Notes: generated by a model from the sequence alone, not told the origin. A stretch of 64,000 nt of DNA from an uncultured Myxococcales bacterium (GCA_937980205.1 CALJKW010000016.1:201735-265734); one strand, 5' to 3'. Numbered from the stretch's first letter, positions 8,449 through 17,678 are shown. Numbers and translations: made by a program.

Positions 8449-10452
8449 ATGGCCTCTCGCCGCACGTACATCACCTGTGCACTGCCGTACGCGAACGGAC
8501 CGATTCACTTGGGTCACATGGTCGAGCACATCCAGACGGACATCTACGTCCGCTTCCTGCGCTCGTGCGGCGAAGACGTCACGTTCACCTGCGCCGACGA
8601 CACCCACGGCACGCCGATCGAGCTGAACGCGCAGAAGAACGGCGTCACGCCCGAAGAGTTCATCGCGAAGTGGGATCGCGAGCACCAGCGCGACTTCGCC
8701 GACTTCGACGTGAAGTTCGACGCGTGGGGCTCGACGAACTCTCCCGACAACCGCCGCTACGCGGAGGACATCTACGGGAAGCTGAAGGCCGCCGGCACCA
8801 TCGCGCGCCGCGAGATCGAGCAGCCGTTCGACCCCAAGGCCGGCCGCTTCCTGCCCGACCGCTTCATTCGCGGCACGTGCCCCAACTGCAAGGCGCCCGA
8901 CCAGTACGGCGACGGCTGCGAGAACTGCCTCACGCAGTATTCTCCGCGCGAGCTCATCGACCCGCGCTCGGCGATCAGCGGCGAGCCGCCCGTCTGGGAC
9001 AAGAAGAGCGAGCACCTCTTCTTCCAGCTGTCGAAGCGCGAAGACTTCCTGCGCAAGCTGCACAAGAGCGGCACCTTCATGCACGAAGGCCCTGCGACCC
9101 AGCTGCAGGAGTTCTTCAAGAAGGGCCTCGCCGACTGGGACATCACCCGCGATGGCCCGTACTTCGGCTTCCCCATCCCCGGCGAGACGAACAAGTACTT
9201 CTACGTCTGGCTCGACGCGCCGATCGGCTACATCTCCACGGCCGAGAAGATCCCCGGCGGCGCGATGCAGTTCTGGTCGCGCGACGCGAACGCGCGAATC
9301 ATCCACTGCATCGGGAAGGACATCGTCTACTTCCACTGCCTGTTCTGGCCCGCGGTGCTCGACGTGGCCGGCTACAAGGTGCCCGATCACGTCCACATCC
9401 ACGGCCACCTCACCGTCGACGGCGCCAAGATGAGCAAGTCGCGCGGCACGTTCATCAACGCGCGCCCGTACCTCGACCTGCTCGACCCGTCGTACCTGCG
9501 CTTCTATTACGCGTCGCTGCTGGGGTCGGGGCCGGAGGATCTCGATCTCGACCTCAAGCAGTTCCGCGAGCGCGTGAACGGCGAGCTGGTGAACAACCTC
9601 GGCAACCTCGCCAACCGCGTGCTGTCGATCCTCTCGCGCGAGTTCTCAGGAGAGCTCGCCAAGGGCGCCCCCGACCCGCTGTTCGCGGAGGTGTTCGCGA
9701 AGGTGCCCGCGATTCGCGAGGCGTTCGAGTCGTGGAACTACCGCGAGGCGGTGAAGGGCATCCTCGAGATCGGCTCGGCGGCGAACCTGTTCATCACCAA
9801 GCACGAGCCGTGGAAGCTGGTGAAGACCGACAAGGCCCGCGCGCACGTGGTGCTCACCGAGGCCGCGCGCGTCGTGCTGCTGCTCGGCACGCTCATCGAG
9901 CCCATCGTGCCGCGCCTCGCCGAGAAGCTCTCGAAGCAGCTCGGGCGGCCGCTGTTCAAGTTCAGCGAGCTCTCGAAGTTCGAGCTGAGCGGCAAGGTCG
10001 GTGAGGTGACGCCGCTCATCAATCGCCTCGAGGCCGAGGTGGTGGCGAAGCTTTACCAGCCGGTGGAAGAGAAGAAGGCGGCGGCGGCGGCTCCGGCGAA
10101 GGCGGCGCCCGCGCCGGCCCCGGTGCAGGACATCGAGTACGACGACTTCGCGAAGGTGCAGCTCAAGGTCGGCAAGGTGCTGGCCGCGGAGAAGGTCGAG
10201 AAGGCGGACAAGCTGCTCAAGCTCTCGGTCGACGTCGGAGAGGGCGCGCCGCGCACCATCGTCGCCGGCATCGCGCTCGCGTACACGCCAGAGCAGGTGA
10301 CCGGCCGCAACGTCGTCGTCGTCGCCAACCTGAAGCCCAAGCCGCTGCGCGGCATCGAGTCGAAGGGCATGCTGCTCGCCGGTGGCCCGGGCGGCAAAGA
10401 GCTGACCCTGGTCGACCCGGGACCGCTGCCGCCGGGGACGGCGATCAAGTGA
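8449..10452 (+). CDS. metG: Methionine--tRNA ligase with a C-terminal tRNA-binding (EMAP-like) domain
   Basis: ALPYANGPIHLGHM (HIGH motif), KMSKS, and the Zn-knuckle cysteines CPNCKA/CENC. The C-terminal KVGKVL...GIALAYTPE region is an OB-type tRNA-binding domain. Confidence 0.92.
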   Translation: MASRRTYITCALPYANGPIHLGHMVEHIQTDIYVRFLRSCGEDVTFTCADDTHGTPIELNAQKNGVTPEEFIAKWDREHQRDFADFDVKFDAWGSTNSPDNRRYAEDIYGKLKAAGTIARREIEQPFDPKAGRFLPDRFIRGTCPNCKAPDQYGDGCENCLTQYSPRELIDPRSAISGEPPVWDKKSEHLFFQLSKREDFLRKLHKSGTFMHEGPATQLQEFFKKGLADWDITRDGPYFGFPIPGETNKYFYVWLDAPIGYISTAEKIPGGAMQFWSRDANARIIHCIGKDIVYFHCLFWPAVLDVAGYKVPDHVHIHGHLTVDGAKMSKSRGTFINARPYLDLLDPSYLRFYYASLLGSGPEDLDLDLKQFRERVNGELVNNLGNLANRVLSILSREFSGELAKGAPDPLFAEVFAKVPAIREAFESWNYREAVKGILEIGSAANLFITKHEPWKLVKTDKARAHVVLTEAARVVLLLGTLIEPIVPRLAEKLSKQLGRPLFKFSELSKFELSGKVGEVTPLINRLEAEVVAKLYQPVEEKKAAAAAPAKAAPAPAPVQDIEYDDFAKVQLKVGKVLAAEKVEKADKLLKLSVDVGEGAPRTIVAGIALAYTPEQVTGRNVVVVANLKPKPLRGIESKGMLLAGGPGGKELTLVDPGPLPPGTAIK

Positions 10453-10516
10453 TCGGCGGAGAGGTCTGGGGCGCTCGACTGCCCCCTCACCCCTACGAGG
10501 GGAGAGGGGGACGCTG

Positions 10517-11482
10517 ATGAGAGACTGGCGCGCCGAGCGCGAGCGGCTGCTCCTCGCCCTCGAGCGCGAGCCGAAGCCCGAAGACCGCGCCGAGGCCGCC
10601 GAGCTGCTGTGCGAGCTGGCGCACGACGCCCCGGCCACCGCCCGCGAAGAGTTCATCCCCGTCGTCGCGCGGCTCATCGCCGACGCGCAGCCGCTCGTGC
10701 GCAGCGCCGGCCTCGCGCTCGCCTCGCAGGTGCTGCCGGCCGACGAGGCGTATGCGCTGTTCGTGCGGCACGTCTCCGACGCCGCGCCGCGCGTGCGCGC
10801 CGAGGCGACCGGCCGGCTCGCCGACCTGGCGCGCCCCGACGCGCGCGGAGCCCTCGCCGCCGCGCTGGAAGATCAGAACCCGTCGGTGCGCTTCGAGGCG
10901 GCGCGCGGCATGGCGGCGCTGCAGCACAGCGCCGGGTTCGACGTGCTCGTCGCCGCGCTCGAAGACGCCGATCTGCGGTTCCGCGCCCTCGCCGCGCTCG
11001 CCGAGCTCCAGGACGCGCGCGCGGTGCCGCAGGTGCGCTCGGTGCTGCGCCGCTGGCTGATGCCGCACTTCGATCGCACCCAGGCCGCCGGGGTCCTCAT
11101 CCGCCTCGGCGACCCGGAAGGAGAGGGCGAGAAGCACCTGCTCGCCCGCGCCGCGAAGAAGTGGACCGAAGATCGCCCGATGGCCCTCGAGCTGCTCGGC
11201 GAGGTGAAGGCGAAGGCCGCCCTCGAGACGCTGAGCCGCGTGTTGCGGACGCCCGGAGATCTCTGTCGCGGCCCCGCCGCCCGCGGCCTCGGTCGCCTCG
11301 GCACGCCCGCTGCGCTCGAAGCGCTGCGCGCCGCGCTGCCGGATGCGGACGACGACCTGAAGGTCGACCTCGCGGAGGCGCTGCTGCTCTTCGGCACCGA
11401 CGAGGCCCGGGCGCTCGCCGCGGGAATCCGCGTTCGCAGCACCGAGGCCCAGGGCGAGCTCGACGCGATTCTCGGATCCTGA
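10517..11482 (+). CDS. HEAT / PBS-lyase-like repeat protein
   Basis: Repeated roughly 30-aa Ala/Leu/Arg-rich helical units (DxxVRxxAAxALG-type) along the whole 321-aa protein. Confidence 0.6.
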   Translation: MRDWRAERERLLLALEREPKPEDRAEAAELLCELAHDAPATAREEFIPVVARLIADAQPLVRSAGLALASQVLPADEAYALFVRHVSDAAPRVRAEATGRLADLARPDARGALAAALEDQNPSVRFEAARGMAALQHSAGFDVLVAALEDADLRFRALAALAELQDARAVPQVRSVLRRWLMPHFDRTQAAGVLIRLGDPEGEGEKHLLARAAKKWTEDRPMALELLGEVKAKAALETLSRVLRTPGDLCRGPAARGLGRLGTPAALEALRAALPDADDDLKVDLAEALLLFGTDEARALAAGIRVRSTEAQGELDAILGS

Positions 11483-11617
11483 GAACTGCGCTTGGCGATC
11501 GGGGTGGTGCCTGGTCGCACCAACGCACACTCCCGTTACGTCGTAACCGCCCGGAACCACGTCGAGGGAGGCCGGCACACACCGTGCTCAAGGAGCAGGG
11601 CACGGAGGTTCTTCACC

Positions 11618-11797
11618 ATGGCCGTTCGCATCGACAACCGCGGGCCCTTCGCCGTCTATCGCTTCGAGCGCGGGTCCACGCAGCGCGTGACGCTCGAGCT
11701 GCCGGCCGTGATGCTGCCTCCGCCGTTGCCGCCGAAGCGCTCGCCGAACGAGCCGCCGCCGCTGCCGACCAAGTCGTCGCAGCAGGCCGCGCCGTAA
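11618..11797 (+). CDS. Small hypothetical protein (59 aa) with a Pro-rich C-terminus
   Basis: ATG start preceded by GGAGG 10 nt upstream. It lies between the HEAT gene and the TatD gene and has no recognisable domain. Confidence 0.35.
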   Translation: MAVRIDNRGPFAVYRFERGSTQRVTLELPAVMLPPPLPPKRSPNEPPPLPTKSSQQAAP

Positions 11798-11844
11798 AAC
11801 GAGGCTTCGCGCCACCGCCACGCAAGTGCGAGGCTGCACCTTTA

Positions 11845-12624
11845 GTGGTGCTCATCGACGCACACTGCCACCTCGAGGCGAAGGACTTCCCCGTCCCAGC
11901 GGACCTCATCGCGCGCGCGAAGGCCGAAGGGCTCGTGCACGCCGTCGTCGTCGGCCTGATGCAGAAGAGCGGAGACTTCGGGAACGCGATCGAGGTCGCG
12001 AGCGCGCACCCCGGCTTCCTCACTCCGACGATGGGCGTGCACCCGCACGACGCGGCGGCCGCGACCGAGGCCGACTGGGCCGAGCTCGAGCGGCTCGCGG
12101 CGCTGCCCCAGGTCTGCGCGGTGGGGGAGACCGGCCTCGACTTCTATTACGACCACTCGCCGCGCGACGTGCAGGCGGCCGGCTTCCGGCGGCAGTGCGC
12201 GCTCGCGAAGAAGCTCGGCAAGCCGCTCGTCGTGCACGTGCGCGACGCCCACGCCGAGTGCGCGGAGATCCTGCGCAGCGAGGGCATGTCGCGCGGCATG
12301 ATTCACTGCTTCACCGGCGACACGGACGCCGCGCGCGCGTACCTGGAGCTCGGCTTCCACCTCTCGATCTCCGGCGTCGTCACGTACAAGAAGACCGAAG
12401 CGCTGCAGGCGGCGGTCGCGTTCGCCCCGGTCGATCGGCTGCTGGTCGAGACCGACAGCCCGTACCTCGCGCCGGTGCCGTACCGCGGGAAGACCAACGA
12501 GCCCGGCTTCGTGAAGCACACCGCGGCGAAGGTGGCGGAGCTGAAGAAGCTGGACGCGCAAGAGCTCGCGCTCACCTGCGCGCGGAACACGAAGGCGCTG
12601 CTGAAGTTGAACGTGCCGCTGTAG
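11845..12624 (+). CDS. TatD-family metal-dependent hydrolase (DNase)
   Basis: GTG start. LIDAHCHL, GETGLDFYY, VVHVRDA and ETDSPYL are the hallmark TatD motifs. The conserved position downstream of metG matches metG-tatD / holB-tatD linkage in other bacteria. Confidence 0.8.
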   Translation: MVLIDAHCHLEAKDFPVPADLIARAKAEGLVHAVVVGLMQKSGDFGNAIEVASAHPGFLTPTMGVHPHDAAAATEADWAELERLAALPQVCAVGETGLDFYYDHSPRDVQAAGFRRQCALAKKLGKPLVVHVRDAHAECAEILRSEGMSRGMIHCFTGDTDAARAYLELGFHLSISGVVTYKKTEALQAAVAFAPVDRLLVETDSPYLAPVPYRGKTNEPGFVKHTAAKVAELKKLDAQELALTCARNTKALLKLNVPL

Positions 12625-12627
12625 GCG

Positions 12628-12700
12628 TTCGCGCTGAGCGCAGGCCGCAGGCCGAAGTCGAAGCGGGCCTCGCGCGCTGCGCGCTCTGCTCAGCGCGAAC
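12628..12700. terminator. Long GC-rich hairpin between the convergent TatD-family and membrane-protein genes, a candidate bidirectional terminator
   Basis: CGTTCGCGCTGAGC (12631-12644) pairs with GCTCAGCGCGAACG (about 12676-12689) around a structured loop. There is no clean T-tract. Confidence 0.35.
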
Positions 12701-13412
12701 GCAGGAGCTTGCGGGCTGCCTCCGGCACGAAGCTGTCTCCGCCGAGCTCGACCGCCTCGGCGACGTGCTTCTCCGGCGGCTCCCCGAGCGCGATCGCGAT
12801 CTCCGCCTCGAGCAACGCCACGGCCGCGCGCGCGAGCCTCGGTCGCGGCTCCTTCTCCGTCGTCGAGGCGAGCCGCTCGCGCGCCTTCAGCGCATTCCCC
12901 GCGCGCAGCTCGACGAGCGCCTCGAGCTCGTGGAAGCCGGGCCGTTCGCGCAGCGACTCCTCGTTGCCGTACAGCACGCGCCGGGCCTCTTCGACGCGCC
13001 CGGTGAAGACGTTCGCGACGACGACGAGGCTGTGGACTCCGCTGTGCCACAGCGGGGGCAAGGCCTTCAGCTCCAGCGCCTTCGCGAGCAACAGCGACGG
13101 CTCGAGCTCTCCGCGCCAGAACGCGAGCTCCGCCGCGAGCAGATCGAGCACGGCGCGCGCGTAGCGCGGCTGGCCGGCGAGCTCTTTCTCGAGCCGCGCC
13201 TGCGCGTCGGACAGCCGCGCCGCACGGACGAGGTCGTACGTCTCGATGAGCCACGCGCGGGCCCGCCGCACGTACAGCGCGAACGTCAGCGCGAGCGCGA
13301 CGACGGTCACGGCGGCAGTGAACGCCCAGTACGGCGCCCCGCTCATCACCGTCGAGCCCGCGACCAGCGCGAGCACGGCGGCGAACGCCACCACGAGGTT
13401 GCCGAGCTTCAC
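12690..13412 (-). CDS. Membrane-associated hypothetical protein with a TPR-like helical C-terminus
   Basis: GTG start in a GTGA overlap with the stop of the upstream HD-GYP gene. An N-terminal hydrophobic segment is followed by Ala/Leu/Glu-rich helical repeats. The longer 427-aa ORF in the track is an upstream extension. Confidence 0.45.
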   Translation of the reverse strand: MKLGNLVVAFAAVLALVAGSTVMSGAPYWAFTAAVTVVALALTFALYVRRARAWLIETYDLVRAARLSDAQARLEKELAGQPRYARAVLDLLAAELAFWRGELEPSLLLAKALELKALPPLWHSGVHSLVVVANVFTGRVEEARRVLYGNEESLRERPGFHELEALVELRAGNALKARERLASTTEKEPRPRLARAAVALLEAEIAIALGEPPEKHVAEAVELGGDSFVPEAARKLLRSR

Positions 13413-15397
13413 GCCGCGGGGGCCGACTGCGCAGCCGCCGCTTCGAGCTCGCGCGCGACGACCTCGAGATCTTTGTCCACGTGCGGCAGATCGTTCGGCA
13501 GCGTCTCGGGCTCGTAGCTGAACTCGGCCTGCGGCAGGCCCAGGATCAGGTTCACGGCCTCGTCCGCCAGCTTGCCGGCCCAGACGGCGAAGATGATCCG
13601 GCCCTTCTCCATCTGCAGGAAGCCTTCCTGCGGCCCGTTGCGCACCAGCAGGCGGCCCGACTTGCGGCCGTGCGCGAGGATGCGCACCAGGTCCAGCGGA
13701 GAGAGCTCGTCGTAGCTGCCGCGCACCACGTGGCCCGGCCCGCCGTTCTCGATGCGGTCGGTGTACAGCCCGCGGATCATCGTCGCGGCAGCTTCCGGGT
13801 CGAGCGGCACGGGCACGAAGTTCGTCACGCCGGCCTGCACCAGCCGGTCTTTCGACTGCGCGTCGGTCGGCTCGCCGAGCACCACCACGGGCATCGACGC
13901 GCTCTCGGGCCGCGTGCGGATCCACTGCAAGAGCGCGGTGAGGTCCGGCACGCCGTAACCGAGGCCGACGCACACGACGTCTCCCTCGCCGGCCTGCAGG
14001 GCATCGACGATGCCGTCGAGCTTGAGCACCGTCTGCGCCGGCAGGCCGACCCTCGACAGCGCGTCGAGCAGGTCGGTGCGCATGCCCTCGTCGGGGTCCG
14101 CGACGAGCGCGAAGCGGCCATCGGTCTCGAGCCGCTGCCGCAGCAGGTCTCCCGAGGTCAGGTGCATCAGCGCGTCGATGACCATCGGGTCGTAGAGCTT
14201 GCCGGCGTTCTCGGTCATCACCGCGAGCGCCTCGCCCTTCGACAGCGGGCGGCCGTACGGGTTGGCCGGGTTGCGCGTCAGATCGAGGAAGTCTTCGACC
14301 GCCGCGATGATTCGCGCGCCAGCGTGAATGTCGTCGCCCTTCACGCCCTGCGGAATGCCGCTGCCGTCGTAGGCCTCGTACAGCTGCGCGAGGATCGTGT
14401 TCACGCCGCCCGACAGGTGCACGGTCTCGAACAGCTTGATGGGCGCGCGCACGTAGCGCTTCGCCTCGTTGCGCAGCTCGGGCTGCTTCGCGAGGGCCGT
14501 GAGCGTGAAGTGCTTGTCGGGCCGCTTGCCGAGATCGTGCAGGTACGACGCGATGGAAACGTGGGCGAGCTCGCGGGGCTGCAGGCCGATGCGGCGCGCG
14601 ATCAGCGACGACTGGCGCGCGACCTGGGCCGAGTGGGCGCGGAAGTCCTTGCGGTTGATCTCCAGCAGGCCCACGAGGATGTTGAGCGTCTCGACGAAGT
14701 CGTTCTCGCCGATGGTGCCGCGCACGGCGCCCAGCGCCTCGCGCAGCTGCGTCGGGCTCGAGCGGCTCGAGGTGCCGCGGGCGCTGCCGCGCGTGTCCTG
14801 ACGGACCGCGCTGTCGAGCGCGCGATTGCCGGTGCCCGGCGCGGGCCCGACGCGAGAGTCGCTGCCGCTCTCCCAGGCGCGCTGGATGCCGGCGACGTCG
14901 TTGCGAAGGGCAGCGACTCCGCCCTTCTCGAGCGCGGCGAACGCGGTGGGGTCACCGTAGTAGTGCTTCTTGATCGCCGCGAGGATCGCGGAGCGCAGGC
15001 CGATGTACGCGAACACCTCGTCCATCGAGGTGACGAGCTGAATCTCCTTCACCAGCTCGCCGTTCTGCGGCTCGGCCATCACGATCGAGAGCAGCTTCCG
15101 CTCGGGGTCATACGCGAGCGGGATGAAGCACTGCTGCTCGGCCATGCGCACCGGCACCTTGTCGAGCACGTCGGGCGGGATGCGCGCCTTGGCCAGCTTC
15201 TCGGCGGAGACGAAGCGCGTCTTGAACTCGCTCGCGAGGAAGCGCAGCAACGCGCTCTCCTGGATGAGGCCGAGATCGACGAGGCAGTCACCGAGCCTGT
15301 GCCCGGTGATCTTCTGCTGGGCGAGCGCCTGCTCGACCGCCTCGGCCGAGACCAGACCCGCCTCGACGAGCTTTTCTCCCAGACGCTTCGTGGACAC
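13409..15397 (-). CDS. Multidomain c-di-GMP-type signalling protein. It has an N-terminal MshEN/T2SS-E N-terminal-like domain, an HD-GYP domain with degenerate catalytic residues, a receiver-like domain and a C-terminal DUF4388 domain.
   Basis: The N-terminus RLGEKLVEAGLVSAEAVEQALAQQ matches the MshEN c-di-GMP-binding motif. The HD-GYP core has HDLGK but YEAYDGSGIPQG in place of HHExxDGSGYP. The C-terminus (LSPLDLVRILAHGRKSGRLLV...) is DUF4388-like. Confidence 0.75.
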   Translation of the reverse strand: MSTKRLGEKLVEAGLVSAEAVEQALAQQKITGHRLGDCLVDLGLIQESALLRFLASEFKTRFVSAEKLAKARIPPDVLDKVPVRMAEQQCFIPLAYDPERKLLSIVMAEPQNGELVKEIQLVTSMDEVFAYIGLRSAILAAIKKHYYGDPTAFAALEKGGVAALRNDVAGIQRAWESGSDSRVGPAPGTGNRALDSAVRQDTRGSARGTSSRSSPTQLREALGAVRGTIGENDFVETLNILVGLLEINRKDFRAHSAQVARQSSLIARRIGLQPRELAHVSIASYLHDLGKRPDKHFTLTALAKQPELRNEAKRYVRAPIKLFETVHLSGGVNTILAQLYEAYDGSGIPQGVKGDDIHAGARIIAAVEDFLDLTRNPANPYGRPLSKGEALAVMTENAGKLYDPMVIDALMHLTSGDLLRQRLETDGRFALVADPDEGMRTDLLDALSRVGLPAQTVLKLDGIVDALQAGEGDVVCVGLGYGVPDLTALLQWIRTRPESASMPVVVLGEPTDAQSKDRLVQAGVTNFVPVPLDPEAAATMIRGLYTDRIENGGPGHVVRGSYDELSPLDLVRILAHGRKSGRLLVRNGPQEGFLQMEKGRIIFAVWAGKLADEAVNLILGLPQAEFSYEPETLPNDLPHVDKDLEVVARELEAAAAQSAPAA

Positions 15398-15412
15398 GAC
15401 GGACCTTGGGGT

Positions 15413-16192
15413 TTAGCTCCCGCCGGGGCCGGGCTGCGAGTTCTCAGCCGGAGTTTCGGCGGAAGACGGCTCGGCCGGCGCGGGCGCCAGCGCGGAGAAC
15501 GGCTTGAACGCGAGGTCCTTCGGGAGGCCCGACTTGTGCGGCTCCTTCGGCTTGTCCTCCTTCGGAGGCCGGTCGACCTTCTCGACCTTCGGGCCGCGCT
15601 CGCGGTCGCGCCGCGGCTCGGCACCGCCGGCCAGCCGCTGCTCGACACGCTCGTCGATGTAGCGCTCGAGGTGCTTCACCAGCGCCTCGAGGCCCGAGGC
15701 GATCGCGGGATCGTCGAGCAGGTTGAGCAGGCGCTGCCGCGCTCCGCGGCCGGGCTTCTCGCCCTTCTCGGGGCGCTCGGGCTTCGCCGGCTTCGGCGCT
15801 TCGGCCTCTTTCGGAGGCGGGGTGAACTCGTTGGCGTCGATGGGCCCGGGGTCGAGCTTCTCGAGCCGCTCGACCACGATCTGCGGCTTGCCGTGGAAGA
15901 CGGCCGCCTTGCCGCTGACGAGCAGGTAGTCGTCGTTGGCGAACGCGGCCTCGGCGGCGTCGACGTTCTCGAACACACGTCCGTCGATGCGGCCGGACTT
16001 GTCGAAGAGGGTGAAGGCGAGGAACACCTTGCCGCTCTTCGCGGTGTGGCGGGTCTTCTCGCCGACGCGGAAGACGGTGTTCACGGTCTGGCCGGGCTTC
16101 ACGTCGCGCGCGAAGACCTTCCGGATCACGTCGGTGTCGGCGGGGGATGAATTCGTCTGATTTTCTGGAGTCTGGCTCACGGCGCGAGGCAC
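15413..16192 (-). CDS. OB-fold nucleic-acid-binding protein (YhaM/RecJ N-terminal-like OB domain) with a basic Pro/Lys-rich tail
   Basis: TVNTVFRVGEKTRHTAKSGKVFLAFTLFDKSGRIDGRVFENVD resembles the OB domain of the YhaM 3'-5' exoribonuclease. Start codon choices are TTG or GTG between 16180 and 16201. It lies 15 bp upstream of the HD-GYP gene on the same strand. Confidence 0.5.
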   Translation of the reverse strand: MPRAVSQTPENQTNSSPADTDVIRKVFARDVKPGQTVNTVFRVGEKTRHTAKSGKVFLAFTLFDKSGRIDGRVFENVDAAEAAFANDDYLLVSGKAAVFHGKPQIVVERLEKLDPGPIDANEFTPPPKEAEAPKPAKPERPEKGEKPGRGARQRLLNLLDDPAIASGLEALVKHLERYIDERVEQRLAGGAEPRRDRERGPKVEKVDRPPKEDKPKEPHKSGLPKDLAFKPFSALAPAPAEPSSAETPAENSQPGPGGS

Positions 16193-16201
16193 ACTAACCA
16201 A

Positions 16202-16855
16202 ATGACTGCGTCCGTTGTCATCTTCTTCGTCCTCGCTGCCGATTCCAGTGCCAAACAGGTCCCCTGGGAGGAAGCGGCGAAGGACAACGGCATCACCATC
16301 TACTCGCGCGAGATCCCCGGCAGTGACGTGCGCGAGATGAAGGCGATCGGCACCATCGACGCGAAGCCGCACGAGGTCTGGAAGGCGATTCGCGACTACC
16401 CGAACTACACGAAGACGATGCCGTACACCGTCGAGGCCAAGGTGATGGGCCAGGAAGAGGGGGACAAGGTCATCTACTTCTACTCCCGCCTCGACCTGCC
16501 GCTCGTCGACAACCGCGACTACCTCATCAAGATCCTCGACGAGTCCGACTGGAAGGACGGGGCGGGGTACTTGAAGGTCAGCTGGACGAAGCTCGACGTG
16601 CAGAAGGGCGACCCGCGCTACGTCGAGTCGAAGGACGGCGTCGTCCGCACGCCGGTGAACGACGGCTACTGGAAGCTCGAGCCGCGCGACAACGGCAACA
16701 AGACGTGGGCGACCTACTACGTGCACAGCGACCCGGGCGGGTCGGTGCCGAAGTGGATCGCGAACAAGGCGAACTCGACGGCGGTGCCGAACGTGTTCGC
16801 GGCGATCAGGAAGGTCGTTGCGGACGACCGGGCGAAGGCGGCCGCTGGGAAGTGA
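16202..16855 (+). CDS. Secreted START / SRPBCC (Bet v1-like) lipid-binding domain protein
   Basis: N-terminal signal peptide, then a START-like core (ITIYSREIPGSDVREMKAIGTIDAKPHEVWKAIRDY...YVHSDPGGSVPKWIANK). Confidence 0.65.
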   Translation: MTASVVIFFVLAADSSAKQVPWEEAAKDNGITIYSREIPGSDVREMKAIGTIDAKPHEVWKAIRDYPNYTKTMPYTVEAKVMGQEEGDKVIYFYSRLDLPLVDNRDYLIKILDESDWKDGAGYLKVSWTKLDVQKGDPRYVESKDGVVRTPVNDGYWKLEPRDNGNKTWATYYVHSDPGGSVPKWIANKANSTAVPNVFAAIRKVVADDRAKAAAGK

Positions 16856-17216
16856 TGTTGCCGTACGGCTTGGCGCGCTTCGTGGCGCGCACGGTCACGT
16901 GGATCATCACCATCGCCGTCATCAGGCCGAGCAGCCCGCCGTAGAGGTGCTCTCCGGCTTTGATCAGCCACAGGGTGGCTGAGGCGAGCAGGATGCCGAT
17001 CACCGTCCAGAGGAACCACGAGCCGCCCCACGCCTGCTCGCCGGTGCGGCGCGCGTTGACGAGGTGAGGGAACGAGCTCGCCTTGCGCCACGTCGTCTTG
17101 CCGTCTTCGAGGAGCTCGTCGTCCGGGCCGACCAGCCCCATGAGCCACGCGCGCTCGACTTCCCCGAAGGACTGGAACTCGAGCTCGCCTTCTTGAGTGC
17201 GGACGCGGAACTTCAT
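16806..17216 (-). CDS. Small membrane protein with an N-terminal GYF-like (DUF4339-like) domain and one transmembrane helix
   Basis: The ATG at 17216 gives MKFRVRTQEGELEFQSFGEVERAWLMGLVGPDDELLEDGKTTWRKA, followed by a transmembrane helix (WFLWTVIGILLASATLWLI). The track ORF begins at an upstream TTG. Confidence 0.45.
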   Translation of the reverse strand: MKFRVRTQEGELEFQSFGEVERAWLMGLVGPDDELLEDGKTTWRKASSFPHLVNARRTGEQAWGGSWFLWTVIGILLASATLWLIKAGEHLYGGLLGLMTAMVMIHVTVRATKRAKPYGNITSQRPPSPGRPQRPS

Positions 17217-17342
17217 GACGGGTGACGTACTGCCGTGGACAGCGGGGTGCAACTTGGGGTTCCGGCGGGAGGCAGCGCCGTGGATCGGGCCCCGGCCCGA
17301 TTCACAGCAGAGCGCGCAACCCGTCGGGCCTGCCGCGAACGA

Positions 17343-17678
17343 CTAGAGCGCCGTCCCGCACACCGCGCACTCGGCGGCTCCCGGCTCGGCCATCGTGCTG
17401 CACGTCGGGCACCGCTTCGAGGCGGCCGCCGTCGGCAGCCCGGTGAGGCCCTGCATCGCGGCGTCCGCACGGCGCTCGTACTCCGGCGAGTCGTCGCTGA
17501 ACTCGAACCTCACGATGCTCCCGTCGCCGCGAATCGAGAGCCGGTGTCCCACCTTGTTGAACAGGCTCATCTCCTGCGGGCTCTTCGCGACCAGGTCGTA
17601 GCCGTTCTGCTGGAACCAGGCGGCGACGCGGGGCAGGGCGTTCGGCGCGGGGATGCTGCAGGCGCGTTCGATGATCAC
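17343..17678 (-). CDS. Hypothetical protein with a C-terminal zinc-ribbon (CPTC...CAVC)
   Basis: GTG start in a GTGA overlap with the stop of the upstream COG2509 gene. It has non-repetitive composition and is about 111 aa. Confidence 0.4.
   Translation of the reverse strand: MIIERACSIPAPNALPRVAAWFQQNGYDLVAKSPQEMSLFNKVGHRLSIRGDGSIVRFEFSDDSPEYERRADAAMQGLTGLPTAAASKRCPTCSTMAEPGAAECAVCGTAL

Noticed and set aside
7039-10004. Long ORFs 7039..9408 (-) and 7350..10004 (+) of 789 and 884 aa overlapping holA and metG
   Set aside because: They are antisense or frame-shifted relative to unmistakable holA and metG coding sequences. Their translations are dominated by R/A/G/E runs with no motifs.
13481-16150. 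889-aa plus-strand ORF opposite the HD-GYP and OB-fold genes
   Set aside because: It is antisense to two genes with clear domain content. It has low-complexity Arg/Leu/Ala-rich composition and no start context.
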